Assembly (NCBI GenBank): GCA_973895155.1
Contig: OZ316899.1
Location: 8,063,241-8,127,240, forward strand
Origin: Marsupella aquatica
Taxonomy: Eukaryota; Plantae; Marchantiophyta
Length of the DNA: 64,000 nucleotides
Reading direction: 5' to 3'
Below, piece by piece: positions 1 through 11,760 of the stretch (position 1 is its first letter; every line of letters starts with the position of its first letter). The notes under the pieces were generated by a model. That model searched no databases and was not told where the DNA came from. It worked only from the letters and a program-made list of their open reading frames with translations. A program made the translations under genes and the position numbers.

Positions 1-3000
1 CTCCCCCGTCAGAGCGTGGCCCAGGTTAAACGATTTATCCATCCCAATGGTGTACTTCCGGTAGTGCTCCTTCCTGATGACTTCAACCTGGTTCCGCAAG
101 CTCGGGTCCAGGCTCGCATCAAGTTCAGCTAACCGAACTCCTCCGTACATGGGTGGAACCGGGATTGGTCTCAGGATTGGAGTTACTTCCTCCAACTACG
201 GGATGGACAGATCCCAGGAGACTCGTTTCTTATGTCTCGGTCTCGGGTTTTCGGCCTCGGGCGGTTGCTTGGCTGGTTCGTGGTCACGAGGCTCTGCTCT
301 GGTAGAAGCAGCATTGGCTCCCTACTTAGCTAGAGTCATGTCCTCCGTATCGATGAGTCGTTTTTGCGTTTCCTCATACCGGGCAGTCGAGGTGCTCGGG
401 GTGGGCTCAATAGCAGCCGTCGGGTAATTCAGGAGATGTGTTTCGCGGGTTGCCTCAACTCCAAAGACATCTTCCTCGGACAGGGACGAGATGGGTTCAA
501 TCATGTTGAGTTCCTCTTCCTCCGAGGTCTCCGAATCATATTCCTCGGGTCCTTGTGGGGTTTCGCCCTGATAATCGTCCATTGCCCATGATACCCATAC
601 TGTGGGTGTCCCAAACCGTAGCTCCTTCTTTCCCCAATCCGTGACCACACGGCCACCGTACAGCCACGGCCTACCTAGGAGGACCGGATAAGAGGAGGGC
701 CAAACCGGCCTCATGACTTGGAAGTTGAGATAGAACTCCACCCCTCCTACCAGAGTGAGTACCCGTGTAAGCGTGCCCAATGGAAGTACCCTTGCCCCAT
801 TTGCTAATCTGATAGCTCAGGCTGTGGGTTGATACGTGAGGTATCCTAACTTGACTGACGTTTCTTCAGTCATGATGTTGACTCCCGCTCCTCCGTCTAC
901 AAGAACCATCTTGATGGTACAATTATTAATTTCAATCAAGATATCCGGCGCTCCCACGTCCTTGCATATCATGTTGCAATCCGCGATCCCAACTCGGGGT
1001 AGTCGTCTCCGTCGTCGACCCGTAAGCAACTCCCTCAGTTGCCGTCTGTACTATGGATTGTTTTGCAGCAGTTGTCCTACCGTTGCTGTAACCGGGCAAC
1101 TCTTCACGTCTTCCTTAATATCATAGTCCTCCTTCTTTTCTTCCTTCGGCTGCTGCTTGGCTTCCTCTTGCTTATCTTGCTTCTCTTGCTCCTGTCGCCG
1201 GGCTGTCTCGGCTGCTTTGGTGTCCTTATCGATTGCCTTCTGGTATTCCCGAGCTTCGTAGGCCTCCAACTGTTTCTTTACCAATTCTTTGATGCGGGGG
1301 AAAAATAGCTTCGGGTCATCCCGTCGGTAGTCATCATCCTTCTCCGGGTGTATATCTATTGCTGGTTGCACCGGAGTAGTATCTTGCTTTTTCCTGTGTT
1401 TCTCCTCCTGCTTCTCTTCCTTCCGTTCGGCTCTTGTTGACACACGATAGCACTCAGCCTCGTCAGATGGATTAGGGTGTTCCGCCACGTCCACCAGATT
1501 CACCCACTCGGTGTTGTCATCTTGCCATTCCACCGCAATCATTTGGACGACCGCATCACTCATGGCCGGTGCGCCCTGGGCTGGTCTTGCTGCATTTGTT
1601 CGAGCGGCCATTACCAATGGACAGTTGGCCATGGAATGAGCTTCCGTTTTGCAGACTTGACAAAGTGGCGTGCCACGGCCATCCCCCTGGCATCTTGGTT
1701 CTGTGCATTCCCTCGCGAAATGGCCGGGCTTCTCACAGTTGTAACAAACCGGGGATCACCAAATCCCTGGTTTAGGAGGAATGCTAGGGTTACTGATAAC
1801 TTGAAAGCCTCGGCCATTGTTTGGGTAGGGGTATGCAGTTCTACCTGCTAAGTTACGCGGACCCACCGGTGAAATCTGATACACCGAATCAGGAGGGTCT
1901 TCAAAGAAATACTCCGTGGACTCCGCTTCAGGTCCCGGGTTGTCAACATCATCTAAGCCCACCTGGTGGACTCGGTTCTTCCATCTTGGGCATTCTTGCA
2001 CGACATGCCCGGATTGGAAGCACTTTGAACACCACGCATGGGCTCAAATCTCAGATGGTTTCTTCTTTTCCACCAACTTTTCCGCGAGATGTACTGATAG
2101 TGCTTTAAGTCGATCCGTGATTTCGTTAAGCTTGTCTGCTTCGGCAGCCTTTGCATCGGGTATCGTTCTGCGAGTACAAGATTTGATTTTCCCCTCCTTC
2201 CTAACCCGCCTTTTCTTCTTCTTGCTCCGGCTCTCACTCTCCGAATCACTTTCTGATGAGCTGGAGGTGGAGGACCCGCTGTTCAAAGTTGAATCCGAAC
2301 TAGATTCAGTCTCCGAACTGGACGAGGTCGAACGATGTTTCTTCTTCTTCTTCCGTTTCTTCTTCTTCTCGTCGTCTGATTTGGAGTCACTGTCATTGAA
2401 GGTCTCGTACTTGCCCTTCTTGCGGTGTGCCCGTTGGCTTCGCCGGGAGTTATAGGTGGACTCCCGGTAGGTTTTGGCGCACGCTATGGCTGCTTGCATT
2501 GAAATTGGATTATTCTGGTGCACCCAGAATTGCATATTCGTGGGCAAACCATGGAGGAACCATGTAAGCTGGAGTGCATCACCAGGCCTGGGCCGTATTT
2601 TGGCAGCAAGTTTTTGAAACTTCTGAATGAACTTTCGCAGGGACTCTTTTTTTCCCATGCGGAGCTGGCCGATCTTTAATAGAGAGCGCTGCTCGGATCC
2701 AATAGCACGAAACTCTTGCAGCAACGCAGCTTGGAATTGTGCCCATGTAGTCCCGGGTGGCAGTGAGTTGTACCATGGGCGAGCTTCTCCCCGCATCACT
2801 CCGGGGAGGACGGTTAACTTAATGGCGTCTTCCCCGTTAGCCTTAGCAATGGCTTCAAACTCATCCAACCATTCATCCGGATCATCCCCATGACGCCCTT
2901 TGAAAGGTTGATAATGAAACCGCGATCGTTGCGATATTTGTGGAGGAGCTTGGGCAGCGCGGGCCATCGGTGGGGCGGCTGCCATAGGTGGTGGCGGTGG

Positions 3001-3189
3001 TGGCGGTGGTGGAACAGGAACCGCAGTAGGACCGGTCGAACCGGACCCCGAAGGTCCCGGTGGTATGTTCATTCGTCGGGGTGATTGCGAGTCCTCCGAG
3101 CCCGAAGAATCGGAGCTTGTTGTGGTTGCACCTTCTCGTTCGCTAGTCAATCTCCTGAAGTAAGCTGCTTGAGAATGAGTGACGGGCAT
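1..3189 (-). pseudogene. Degenerate gag-pol of element A (capsid, CCHC knuckles, aspartic protease, linker before RT)
   Basis: ORFs 2044-3189, 1051-1632, 817-1029 and 322-780 are collinear with the intact 54271-60252 polyprotein (FKGRHGDDPDEWL, CYRVSTR, PKLFFP, TATVGQL, VLVDGGAGVNIM, LGRPWLYG). They are broken by stops and frameshifts. Confidence 0.9.
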
Positions 3190-3282
3190 TTACTCGTGTA
3201 AATGCGATGGTTAGTACTAGGGCCTGGTGTACTCTGCCCAGGCGAATACGCACATGTCTCCCCTCTATGATATGTAGAGTGC

Positions 3283-3300
3283 CCCCTCCATCTAGCGTCA
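3283..3300 (-). promoter_or_regulatory. Primer binding site, tRNA-Asn type
   Basis: TGACGCTAGATGGAGGGG has 2 mismatches to TGGCGCTAGAAGGAGGGG, the complement of the plant tRNA-Asn 3' end as recalled. It lies 12 nt after the LTR end and about 95 nt before the gag ATG. Confidence 0.75.
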
Positions 3301-4211
3301 AAACAAAGGCTATGTCACGTCATCAGCCTTGGCCTTAACTCGGGCTTCAGCTTTAAACGGGCACCTCCTTCGTAAATATGAGGGTTCGGGCAGGGAGGGA
3401 AGCGCATAATGCACCTAATTCACGTAAACTAGCACTAAGTGCGCCTACTGTTAGATACGGACATCTCCTAGGTATGGTTTATATTCCGCCGCCGGAACGT
3501 ACCTTAGTCGATAATAGGATCGACCCCGGCTTAAGGACTTCTAAGCCTTCGTGTTGTCCGCCTTCGATCCGGATTCAATGATACAGGTCCTCAACCCGTG
3601 CTCGCAACCACATACCCGCAAGCTACACCCCGTGCACGACTCGGGTAGTGCGTTCGGCCTGGCGTTGCCACCTATACACGAGATTCACACACACATACAC
3701 GCGTACAAGCATACAATCTTGATTTACACGAAGGAAATAATGGGAAAGGATTTTACTACATAGGGGACATGTGCGTACACTTGGTTGACCTGACAGCTCC
3801 GGAATGAATAGGTTCAAGGCCGAGAGAGTATACTACAACGGAGCCCGGCTCCGCACTCGCCCGATGAGCTTAGTCCTACCCCCTCCCCTTGGTACTCTTT
3901 CACTCCCAGAGGTCGGGACTCCCCGCGCATACCACGGATGTCCAACTCTGAGACTAAAAACCCCCCCTTGCCTCTACCGAGGGGTGCACTAAATACTAAG
4001 GGCCGGGGAACGGAGTGTCCTCCCGCCCAAAGATTCATTGACTTAGGTCCTAACTAATCTGTCTATCAGGCCGAAAAATGGCTGTGTCTTATTAGAAGAT
4101 CCTAATCTACGCAGGCTGGACAGCATGGCAGTGCTGCTGTAACTAAGGCAGGTGCCTGTCCCAATAGCCTGACTTAGCTACTCCTAACCCTATTCTATTC
4201 CTACTCCGCCA

Positions 4212-6817
4212 TTAATGCCTGGCACGCTTGCCAGAGCCGCCCGAGTGGGAGCGGCCATCCCGTTGCTTACGAAGTCTGTCGTTGTCTGCCTTGAGGAGCT
4301 GGACCTGGTCCAGCAAAGATTCGTTCTCTCACTTCGCCGCATCCGTCTCCTCCGCTGCCTCCTGGCATGCCTCCTCCAGCTGCTGGGCGTCGCTGGTCCT
4401 GCTTCTCGGCTTTGGTTTGGAGCCGTGCCACTTCGGCTTGTAGCGTGGCTATCTCCGCAGTGTCCCGCTGGGCCTGTTCTTCGGCCTCCTCCAGGTCCTT
4501 TTGCCAGATGATAGTTTGATTCTTCAAACTGTCAATCTGGTTCCGGAGTCGTGCAATCTCGGCCTTGTTCCCAGCTTTGGCCTGCTCGGCTAGGGCGGTA
4601 AGGGCGTGCGCCTTTGCTAACAAATCATCGGCGGCTGCAACTTTGGGTCGTAGTTGCAGAAGCTCAACCTCTTGAGCCGCAACTTTGTTCTTTAAGTATA
4701 CGGACTCCACCCGGTACCGCTCTATCCTCTGAAGGGCCTCTGACTGGGCCCAACCTGCCTTTACTACGGCAACTAACTCCTGATTGAAGAAACAGGCTAC
4801 CTTCCGAGCCATGAACTCCCCGGTATCCCGGGCAATTTGATGAGAGAAATTTCTCAGAAGCCCGTTCAGAAATGTACCCGGTACGAAGAGTTCCGGGTGG
4901 TCCAGGTTGTGCCTGTCCGGAGTTGGGCACGGGCAGATGTCAACACAAGCGGGGGCCGGGGCAGTGACATCCAGCCCTGGGGACGTAATGTTGGAAGGGG
5001 CTGGAGTGTCCTCCTGCAGCAATATCCGGTTCTCCGGAATAGCCACCGGTGGGTCTTTTGGAGACCCGGGCTCGAGTAAGACCTCCGCTGTACCAACTTC
5101 TGTACTTAGCCCGGCTTGTTGGATAGCATCAACGGTTGCGATAACCGACCCATCCGGTACCTCCTCGGTTACGATTACAGCTACTTGTGGAGGTGGGGTG
5201 GGTGAAGCTTGCGTGTCCGCTGGACTTTGGGCCTCGGGTTGGGGCCATCTCTCCAAGGCCGAAAAACCCATCTAGCTGGGACCAGCTTTGTAACGTTGAC
5301 ACGGGGAAGGGTTCGTCGATCAAACCAAGCGTACCACTCAAGAATGATCTCGATGTGGCTAGCGAAATACGCCTTCCCGCCAATGTACAACGTCTTCCTT
5401 CGCCGCTCCATCTCTTCATGGAATTTCTTAGCGAAGTACGACGCCCACTTCCTAGGTCGATAGTTCTCGACCTGGATAACCTGGGCGGCGGAGATCTCCC
5501 CCCGGGGCTCCATCATGTGGAGGGCGTACCTTTGGAACTCCAGTCGCTCAGCTATCTCGGGGATGAGGCAGGTCCTCATCACAAACCCGTTGTCCACTGC
5601 TCCTTCTGAGGGAAAACTCGAGGATTGGTACTTGGCTCCCTTGCCCCCGGGAGCCCGTGATTTGACTCGATGGTCACCTTCGGGTAATCCGAAGATCATC
5701 TTGAGCCGTTCTTCCTTAGGGACATATTCCTTCCCCGTAGCCGAGTATGCTGACGTGCGTCATCATAATTCTTGACGAATTCTGTCATGTCCTCCCCGTA
5801 GTACCTGCAAGTGTTCTAGGGCAGAGCGGCGAGGTGCTCGAATCCCTGAGTCTTCAGGTACACCGCATGCTTGGGATGGAGGATGTTCTTATGCACGTTT
5901 TCCCCCATGCGGTGCATTGTCACCTTGGCCACGGCTACCGTGGCCAATGGTAACCCGGATGCAGTGGCGGGTTCCTTCCTCTTCTTCCCCCGTGATTGGC
6001 TCGGGGAAGGTGACACCTCCCCATCCTCTCGATCGGGCATAGGTAGTGCTACCGCCGTTAGTATTGGTCCCGAGGCGGCCACGGTCACCGTGTTGTCTGC
6101 TGGAGCCGCTCCTTGGGTCCGAGCATGGGGAGGGGATGATGTAGTGTCGGCCCCCTGAGTGTTTGCTCCTCTGGGCCGCCTGAGCAAGGGTGGGGTAGCC
6201 TCGTCGTAGTCGCTAAGGTCCACAGCGTTGATGACAGAGCGTACTTGTACTGCTGGCGGGGCGATCGGCGGTGGGGGTTGGCTAGGCTGAGCCTGAGCCT
6301 GAGTCTGCGTTGGTACGGGTACGGGTATGGGGTCCACTGGGCTGGCGCCGGTGGTTGCGGGTCTAGTTCCCATGAAGCTCTGCAGGTGCTGGTAGAAATT
6401 CTCCGAAGCAAGTGCAGACAACCTTGTCAAACGGGTAGTGCTGGACTCGCTGTTGATGATAGCCCAAACCTGAGTAGGGATGTGGTCGAAGTGATGTCAT
6501 TGCAAATCGATCGTACCCGGGATATTGAAGAACTCGTCCGGAAGCCGAAGCAATGCTTCCCAGAAACTGATATATTTGTCTCTGTTGAAGAAGTACCCAG
6601 ATACCTCTGCTGGTCGGTAAAGCTCGCTCTGAGACGGGTAGTCAAAGTTAAGGATGTAGTGGTGTCGTCCTGCTAGGCGGATGGCTCTCTCATACTCGCG
6701 TTCGATTTCGTATCGGCATGGGTTGGCATGTTTCAATGAGTCGGCCAAGTGTCTTCCGGTAGATAGGAACTGCGTCCAGAATCGAATGGCCGAACTGGAG
6801 AGGATCGTGTGCGACAT
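4212..6817 (-). pseudogene. LTR-embedded accessory gene (about 860 codons): N-terminal domain, conserved central domain, coiled coil
   Basis: ORFs 6497-6817, 5816-6430, 5181-5699 and 4267-5271 join through two in-frame stops and several 1-bp frameshifts. Homologous by eye to the LTR-C protein (FNRDKYISFWEA~FCKDKIVGIWEA, IFGLPEG~VFGLPMG, EPRGEISAAQV~LPRAEIGKAQV). Confidence 0.8.
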
Positions 6818-6917
6818 TCAGAGGAGATAGTAGTGGCGACTTAGAGCGAACAAGAGAGCTGGGGTCGAAGCTAGCGCGTGGACTGATGGACTGGTGCACT
6901 CCAAAGGGTCGGCTCCC

Positions 6918-6925
6918 TTTTTATA
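6918..6925 (-). promoter_or_regulatory. Putative TATA box for the LTR-A embedded gene
   Basis: TATAAAAA about 100 nt upstream of the ATG at 6817. Confidence 0.45.
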
Positions 6926-7283
6926 CCTTGAGGGCTTGTCGATCCCCCGACATCTCCTCGTTGCCTATAGGCTGAACCGTTCACGTTTGTAGTGTACCGG
7001 CCACTCCGCCGGTCTGAGTCACTGCGTGTCAGTGGACGCCTCCTGAAGTTTGTTATACGGACCAGAGGAGGGGCCCCTCCACGCTCGTAACCCGGGCGTG
7101 CGAATGGCGACGCGCCGCCAGCCCAAACATGAATTCCCTTTATTGACTAATGATTTCCTACTCATAATGGCTACCTAAATACTGTCGTTATGCTAATCAT
7201 AGCGGCCTAAGATACCCCTAACGCGCGTGCTAGGCACGGTTTAGACCGAATTACTCATTACTCGCCGTACCGGCGGCGTCACA

Positions 7284-7661
7284 TGAACATCAAGCAACTT
7301 TACAACTGTGCACTTCTTTGCTACTTTACGGGCAAAACCCCTCTCCTATCTGTCTTTTGGGAGTGGGTCAAAGATGTGATGATGAGCCATGGGAATTGGC
7401 CGGTCCTGCAAGTCAAATATGTGGGAAAAAGTTTTTACATGATAGTCTTTGAACACCCAGACCATCGGGACCTGGCGCTGCAATTGGCCCCCTGGTTTAT
7501 GGAACGCCGCTTTGTGTACACATTTGCATGGGACCCATCATTTGACGTGAAAAGTGAGAGCTTCACTAAACTCCCAGTATGGATCAAAATTCCGTTTCGT
7601 GCCCTTACACTCGAAGGGTGCAGGCGCAAGATAGCTAGCTCGCTGGGACAACTGCTATACT
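7284..7661 (+). pseudogene. LINE ORF1 fragment (DUF4283-like)
   Basis: VKYVGKSFYMIVFE...APWFMERR...WDPSFD...KLPVWIKIPF...IASSLGQLL follows the plant L1 ORF1 pattern. Confidence 0.8.
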
Positions 7662-8716
7662 ATGATTGTTGTATTTACATGAAGGATGTGGAGAATTACT
7701 CACGTTTTGGTTACATTGTGCTGGCATTGTACGTGGATGACATGCTGATCCTAGCTGAGAATAAGTCTGATGTTGCCCATCTGAAAGCAATGCTGAGTAA
7801 GGAGTTTTCAATGAAGGACTTGGGTCAGGCCAAGAAGATACTAGGGATGGAGATTCATCGTGACAGGGAGCAAAGGCAATTATGGTTGTCTCAGAGGCAG
7901 TATTTGGAGAAGGTACTTGCCAAGTATGGAATGGAGAATGCAAAACCAGTTGGTACTCCATTGGCCTCCCACTTTAAACTCTCAAAGAATGATTGCCCTT
8001 CTAGTGAGAGTGATAGACTGGCGATGAAACATGTTCCCTATGATAGTGTTGTGGGTAGTTTGATGTATGCAATGACATGCACTAGACCTGACATTGCCCA
8101 CACTGTTAGCATTTTGAGCAGATTTATGGCAAATCCTGGTAAGCTTCACTGGGAAGCAGTGAAGTGGGTTTTGCAGTATCTGAAAGGTACCTTAGATTGT
8201 GGGATCTTATTTGACGGTAAAGCAGACTCTACATTAGAGTTGGAAGGTTTTGTAGATTCAGATTATGCTCGTAACTTGGATAACAAAAAGTCTACTACAG
8301 GCTATGTGTTTATGTTGGGTGGAGGTTGTATCAGCTGGAAGTTGGCAACTCAATCTTGTGTTGCGTTGTCTACTACTGAGGCTGAGTACATGGCTGCATG
8401 TGAGGCAACCAAGGAGCTGATCTGGCTACGGAGATTGGTGAGTGATCTGGGTCTTTCACCTGAAAGACCGGTGCTGCTGTGCGACAGTCAAAATGCTTTG
8501 CATCTGGCTAAGAACCCTGTGTTCCATGCCAGGACAAAGCACATTGATATTCGTTATCACTTCATCCATGAGGTGATTGAGACGAAGCAGATGTTTTTGG
8601 AGAAGGTGGCTTTAGAGGAGAATGCAGCAGACATGCTTACCAAAGTTTTACCTAGCAGTAGCTTTAGTCATTGTGTGGATATTATTAATGTTAGGGCCAA
8701 ACCAGTGACTATGTAA
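7662..8716 (+). pseudogene. Copia reverse transcriptase (C-terminal part) and RNase H
   Basis: LYVDDML, GSLMYAMTCTRPDI, FVDSDYA, STTEAEY and TKHIDIRYHF. 5'-truncated and fused in frame to LINE ORF1. Confidence 0.92.
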
Positions 8717-8783
8717 ATATGTTACTTAGTTACATATTGTATATCACCTGACTCATTGTGTGAACTTGAGTCAAGGTGGAGAT

Positions 8784-9078
8784 TGTTAGGAATTGACTCT
8801 AGTTTCCGACATAGTTAGCTTGGCCTTACTAGGGTTAGTTTTAACCCTAGATTACATTAGGATAAGATCCGCTTAGTTTAGGCCCACTCATCTTGGCCCC
8901 CTTGGGGGGTATAGGCTGGAGGGAGAGCACTCTCTCCCTCATTCTTCACATGTACTCTCATTTGCTATGGAGCCTTCAGGAGTTTCTCCACTTGGGGTGT
9001 CTCGTTGGTGTAGCGTTTGATTGAGTGTCTCTCATGTTTCCGCATTGTTGTCTAGTCTGGAGCCGACGGTTTCTTACA
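8784..9078 (+). repeat. Copia LTR
   Basis: TGTTAGG...CTTACA preceded by PPT CAAGGTGGAGAT. Matches the LTRs at 21359-21651 and 27450-27742. Confidence 0.92.
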
Positions 9079-9148
9079 AGTGGATCTCATTTCACTGCAT
9101 GTGATGGTGCGCTCTTTGTCATCAAAGATGATGTATCTTTGATTAAGG

Positions 9149-11597
9149 TGTCACGCGATTGACATGGGTCTTAACACCAAAAACGTCACTATGGGTGCCA
9201 AAACCATCTCCTTGTACCTGAGGATCACGAAGGGATGTTGTGAATGCCGATAAACACCAGTTTATGCCCTTAACACCAGACTATCATAGCAAGACTCTAT
9301 CACACATCACCCAAGCTCAATCCCAAGGAACCAAGGTTGGGGATCAGATCTGCGCTCATGATAGTTCTGGTGAGAAGGGGTCTTCATATCGGGCCCGTAC
9401 ACACAGGGCCTAGCACTACGGTGCGCAATAGGTCTATACATATGCTTACTGTCATAGGTATGTTTCTATTCCGCCGCCGGAATGTACCCATAAACCAGTG
9501 ACTCCTGACTGATTCCCGGCTTAGGGACTTCTAAGCCATTGCCCCACCACTCTGCCATTCCACTCTCAACAATCAGAGCTATGACAGTCCTCACCCAGCC
9601 CGCTTCAATGCACCCGGTACACCTCTCAGTGGCGCTGCTAGTTCCATCATACACTCAGATTGCCTCACACACACACACATCCATGAGAGAAATGAGGCCT
9701 GAGAGGAAAACTCAATTAGATTCAAAGATGTGCACAATAGTTCACTGAGAACACTTGATCCGAATACTAGGGCCGAAGGCTGTCTCCTCCAGATTGTGAC
9801 GTGCTTGCCCTGCAAGCCCCGTGCTTGCCATGCAAGCTCAATCCTGAACCTGAGCCCGGCTCACTCCAGATTGCGACGGCAGATTGGACTCGAACCAATC
9901 CCGTACTTGCCTTGCAAACTCAATCCTGAACTCAACCTCCTTCACTGCACTTCATTCTTGGGGGCACATACAGATCTCACACCTCCAATTCAGAACGTCA
10001 AGTTACGCATGCATAGTTGACTCGACTTCAAAGCTGGTACCAGGCCTAACGGCGATCTACCCCAGACTGCAATGAGGCCCGGCCTCATGCTTGCCCTGCA
10101 AGCTCAGCTCTGGCCATAGATCCCTTAGTGCTCTCCACCAGACAAAGGCCGGGACTCCCCATGGATCACGTAGCCTTGCCAGACTGAATTGTAAATGCTC
10201 CTCCTGCTGCCCCTTAATCAGTACCTCAGCCTCCCTAATGTGCCCACCGCAAATCGAATTGAAATCCTCCCCACAGTTTACAATCACCAATACATCACCT
10301 ATCACCAAGGCTCTGTATCGGGGGAAAAGAACCCAGTTGTGCTGCCCACTAGAAAGAGCCACAATCCAGCTCGCAAACCGAGCAACCCGTTGCTGTGAAG
10401 CTTGGCTGATTACTCCCTGAGTAATAGCACAACCAAGCTCTCCCCAACACGCAGCGTCCAAGTCCAGCCTTGCTTGCACAGAGCTCCTCCCCGCTGCTCA
10501 GTCTAAGTGAGATCACACAACTGAAGTCCCCCCCCCCCCTTGCCTCTACCGGGGGCTGCTCTATATACTCTCATACTGAGCCCAAATGGGTGGATACTAC
10601 GCTGCTGGAGCCCCATCCCAGCCCTAACAGAGCCGCCACTATCTCTAACTACTGAACCCTAACTCGCAACTTTATTTCTATCTCGAATTGGCTATGTACT
10701 TCGGATTCGGCCCTCCTCCATAGTTTTCGCGAGCTTGCGCCTCCTCTCCCGATTTCTCTATTTAACCATTTTCTGCGTGGATAGCACCGTTGGAAGCGGC
10801 TTGAGCTCCTCTTTCCAACGAGGTCAATTATAGCCGATTTGGTCAAATACACAGAGAGTTATGCCCCCGCAACCGAGAGGGGGTACTCACTGCTGCGCTA
10901 ACCCGAGTTACATAGCTAACCCGAATTTGGCTAACCTAGCTATCCTATCTAACCCGAGTAGAGCTAACCCGTGGTCTCGGGTTAGGCCGCTACCCGCTAT
11001 CCGCTATCCGCTAACCTAGCCTAAGCTGAGCCCGAATCCGAGCTTACCTATGCTAACCTGAGGCCGCGCTGACCTGAGCTAAGCTGAAGCCGTGTTGACC
11101 TGAGCTAAGCTGAAGCCGTGCTGACCTAAGCTAAGCTGAAGCCGTTCTTACCTGAGCTAAGCTGAAGCCGTGCTTACCTAAGCTAAGCTGAAGCCGTGCT
11201 GACCTGAGCTAAGCTGAAGCCGTGCTCACATAAGCTAAGCCGTGGTTAACCCGAAACTGAAGCCGAATCCGTTAATTTCGGCCACAAGTTAACCCGTCAC
11301 ACTAATCAGGCCGTATCTTTCTTAATACACCTCCGTTTCTCAAGTGTTTTATATCGATTTTACTCGCCTTGACCAGATCTTTCCAATGCTCTTTACAGAT
11401 CCGGATTTGGTGACATATTGAAAGAGATATGGTCGTCGACCACCCGCGACATAGCTTTTATTTCCCTACTCTTAACGCCATGATTGCCCTTATTCTTGCC
11501 ATCTTGCTAATTGTTATGCAATATCAATAGCTACTCCTTGCATACAGCAACCTACTTAATCAGATTACAAAATAAGGACCACGTCATTGGCGTCACA
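9149..11597 (-). mobile_element. Gypsy solo LTR-B (2449 bp)
   Basis: TGTGACGCC...CGTGACA termini and TSD TAAGG (9144-9148, 11598-11602). Removing it restores the Copia sequence GATTAAGGCGCTACG. Confidence 0.88.
11069..11244. repeat. 26-bp tandem repeat (about 6.5 copies) in LTR-B
   Basis: Unit CTGACCTGAGCTAAGCTGAAGCCGTG with minor variants, preceded by degenerate GCTAACCCG-type repeats from about 10895. Confidence 0.9.
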
Positions 11598-11760
11598 TAA
11601 GGCGCTACGACAAAATAATTTGTACATCTTGGAAGGAGATGTCATTGCTCCTAGACTGGAGCATGTGGATTCTGTGGTGGAACGTTTGGATGCAACGTCT
11701 GATTGAGTGTCTCTCATGTTTCCGCATTGCTGTCTAGTCCGGAGCCGACGGTTTCTTACA

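Larger units (their letters stand above)
1..7283 (-). mobile_element. Ty3/Gypsy (non-chromovirus, Athila/Tat-like) element A, 5' part; continues left of the window
   Basis: Minus strand reads TGTGACG (7283)...CGTGACA (3313) LTR, then PBS, gag, zinc knuckles and protease. It interrupts LINE ORF1. The right flank TGAAC (7284-7288) is the predicted TSD; its partner lies outside the window. Confidence 0.9.
3313..7283 (-). repeat. 5' LTR of element A (LTR-A, 3971 bp), protein-coding
   Basis: Imperfect inverted termini TGTGACG...CGTGACA, with a PBS directly downstream. Termini and two internal motifs match TSD-flanked solo LTR-B. Confidence 0.8.
7662..11760 (+). mobile_element. Rearranged Ty1/Copia, same family as 21359-27742: RT/RNaseH, LTR, short internal piece, partial LTR
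   Basis: Near-identical to the reverse complement of 21359-22772. Segments 9079-9148 and 11603-11695 match 24466-24625. The LTR 3' tip ends TTCTTACA at 11760. Confidence 0.9.

Noticed and set aside
8830-8850. Telomere-like TAGGGTTA/AACCCTA sequence
   Set aside because: It is a single short inverted motif in the Copia LTR, not a telomeric array.
11069-11244. Regular 26-bp repeats resembling a CRISPR array
   Set aside because: The units are head-to-tail with no unique spacers, there are no cas genes, and they lie in a eukaryotic LTR.
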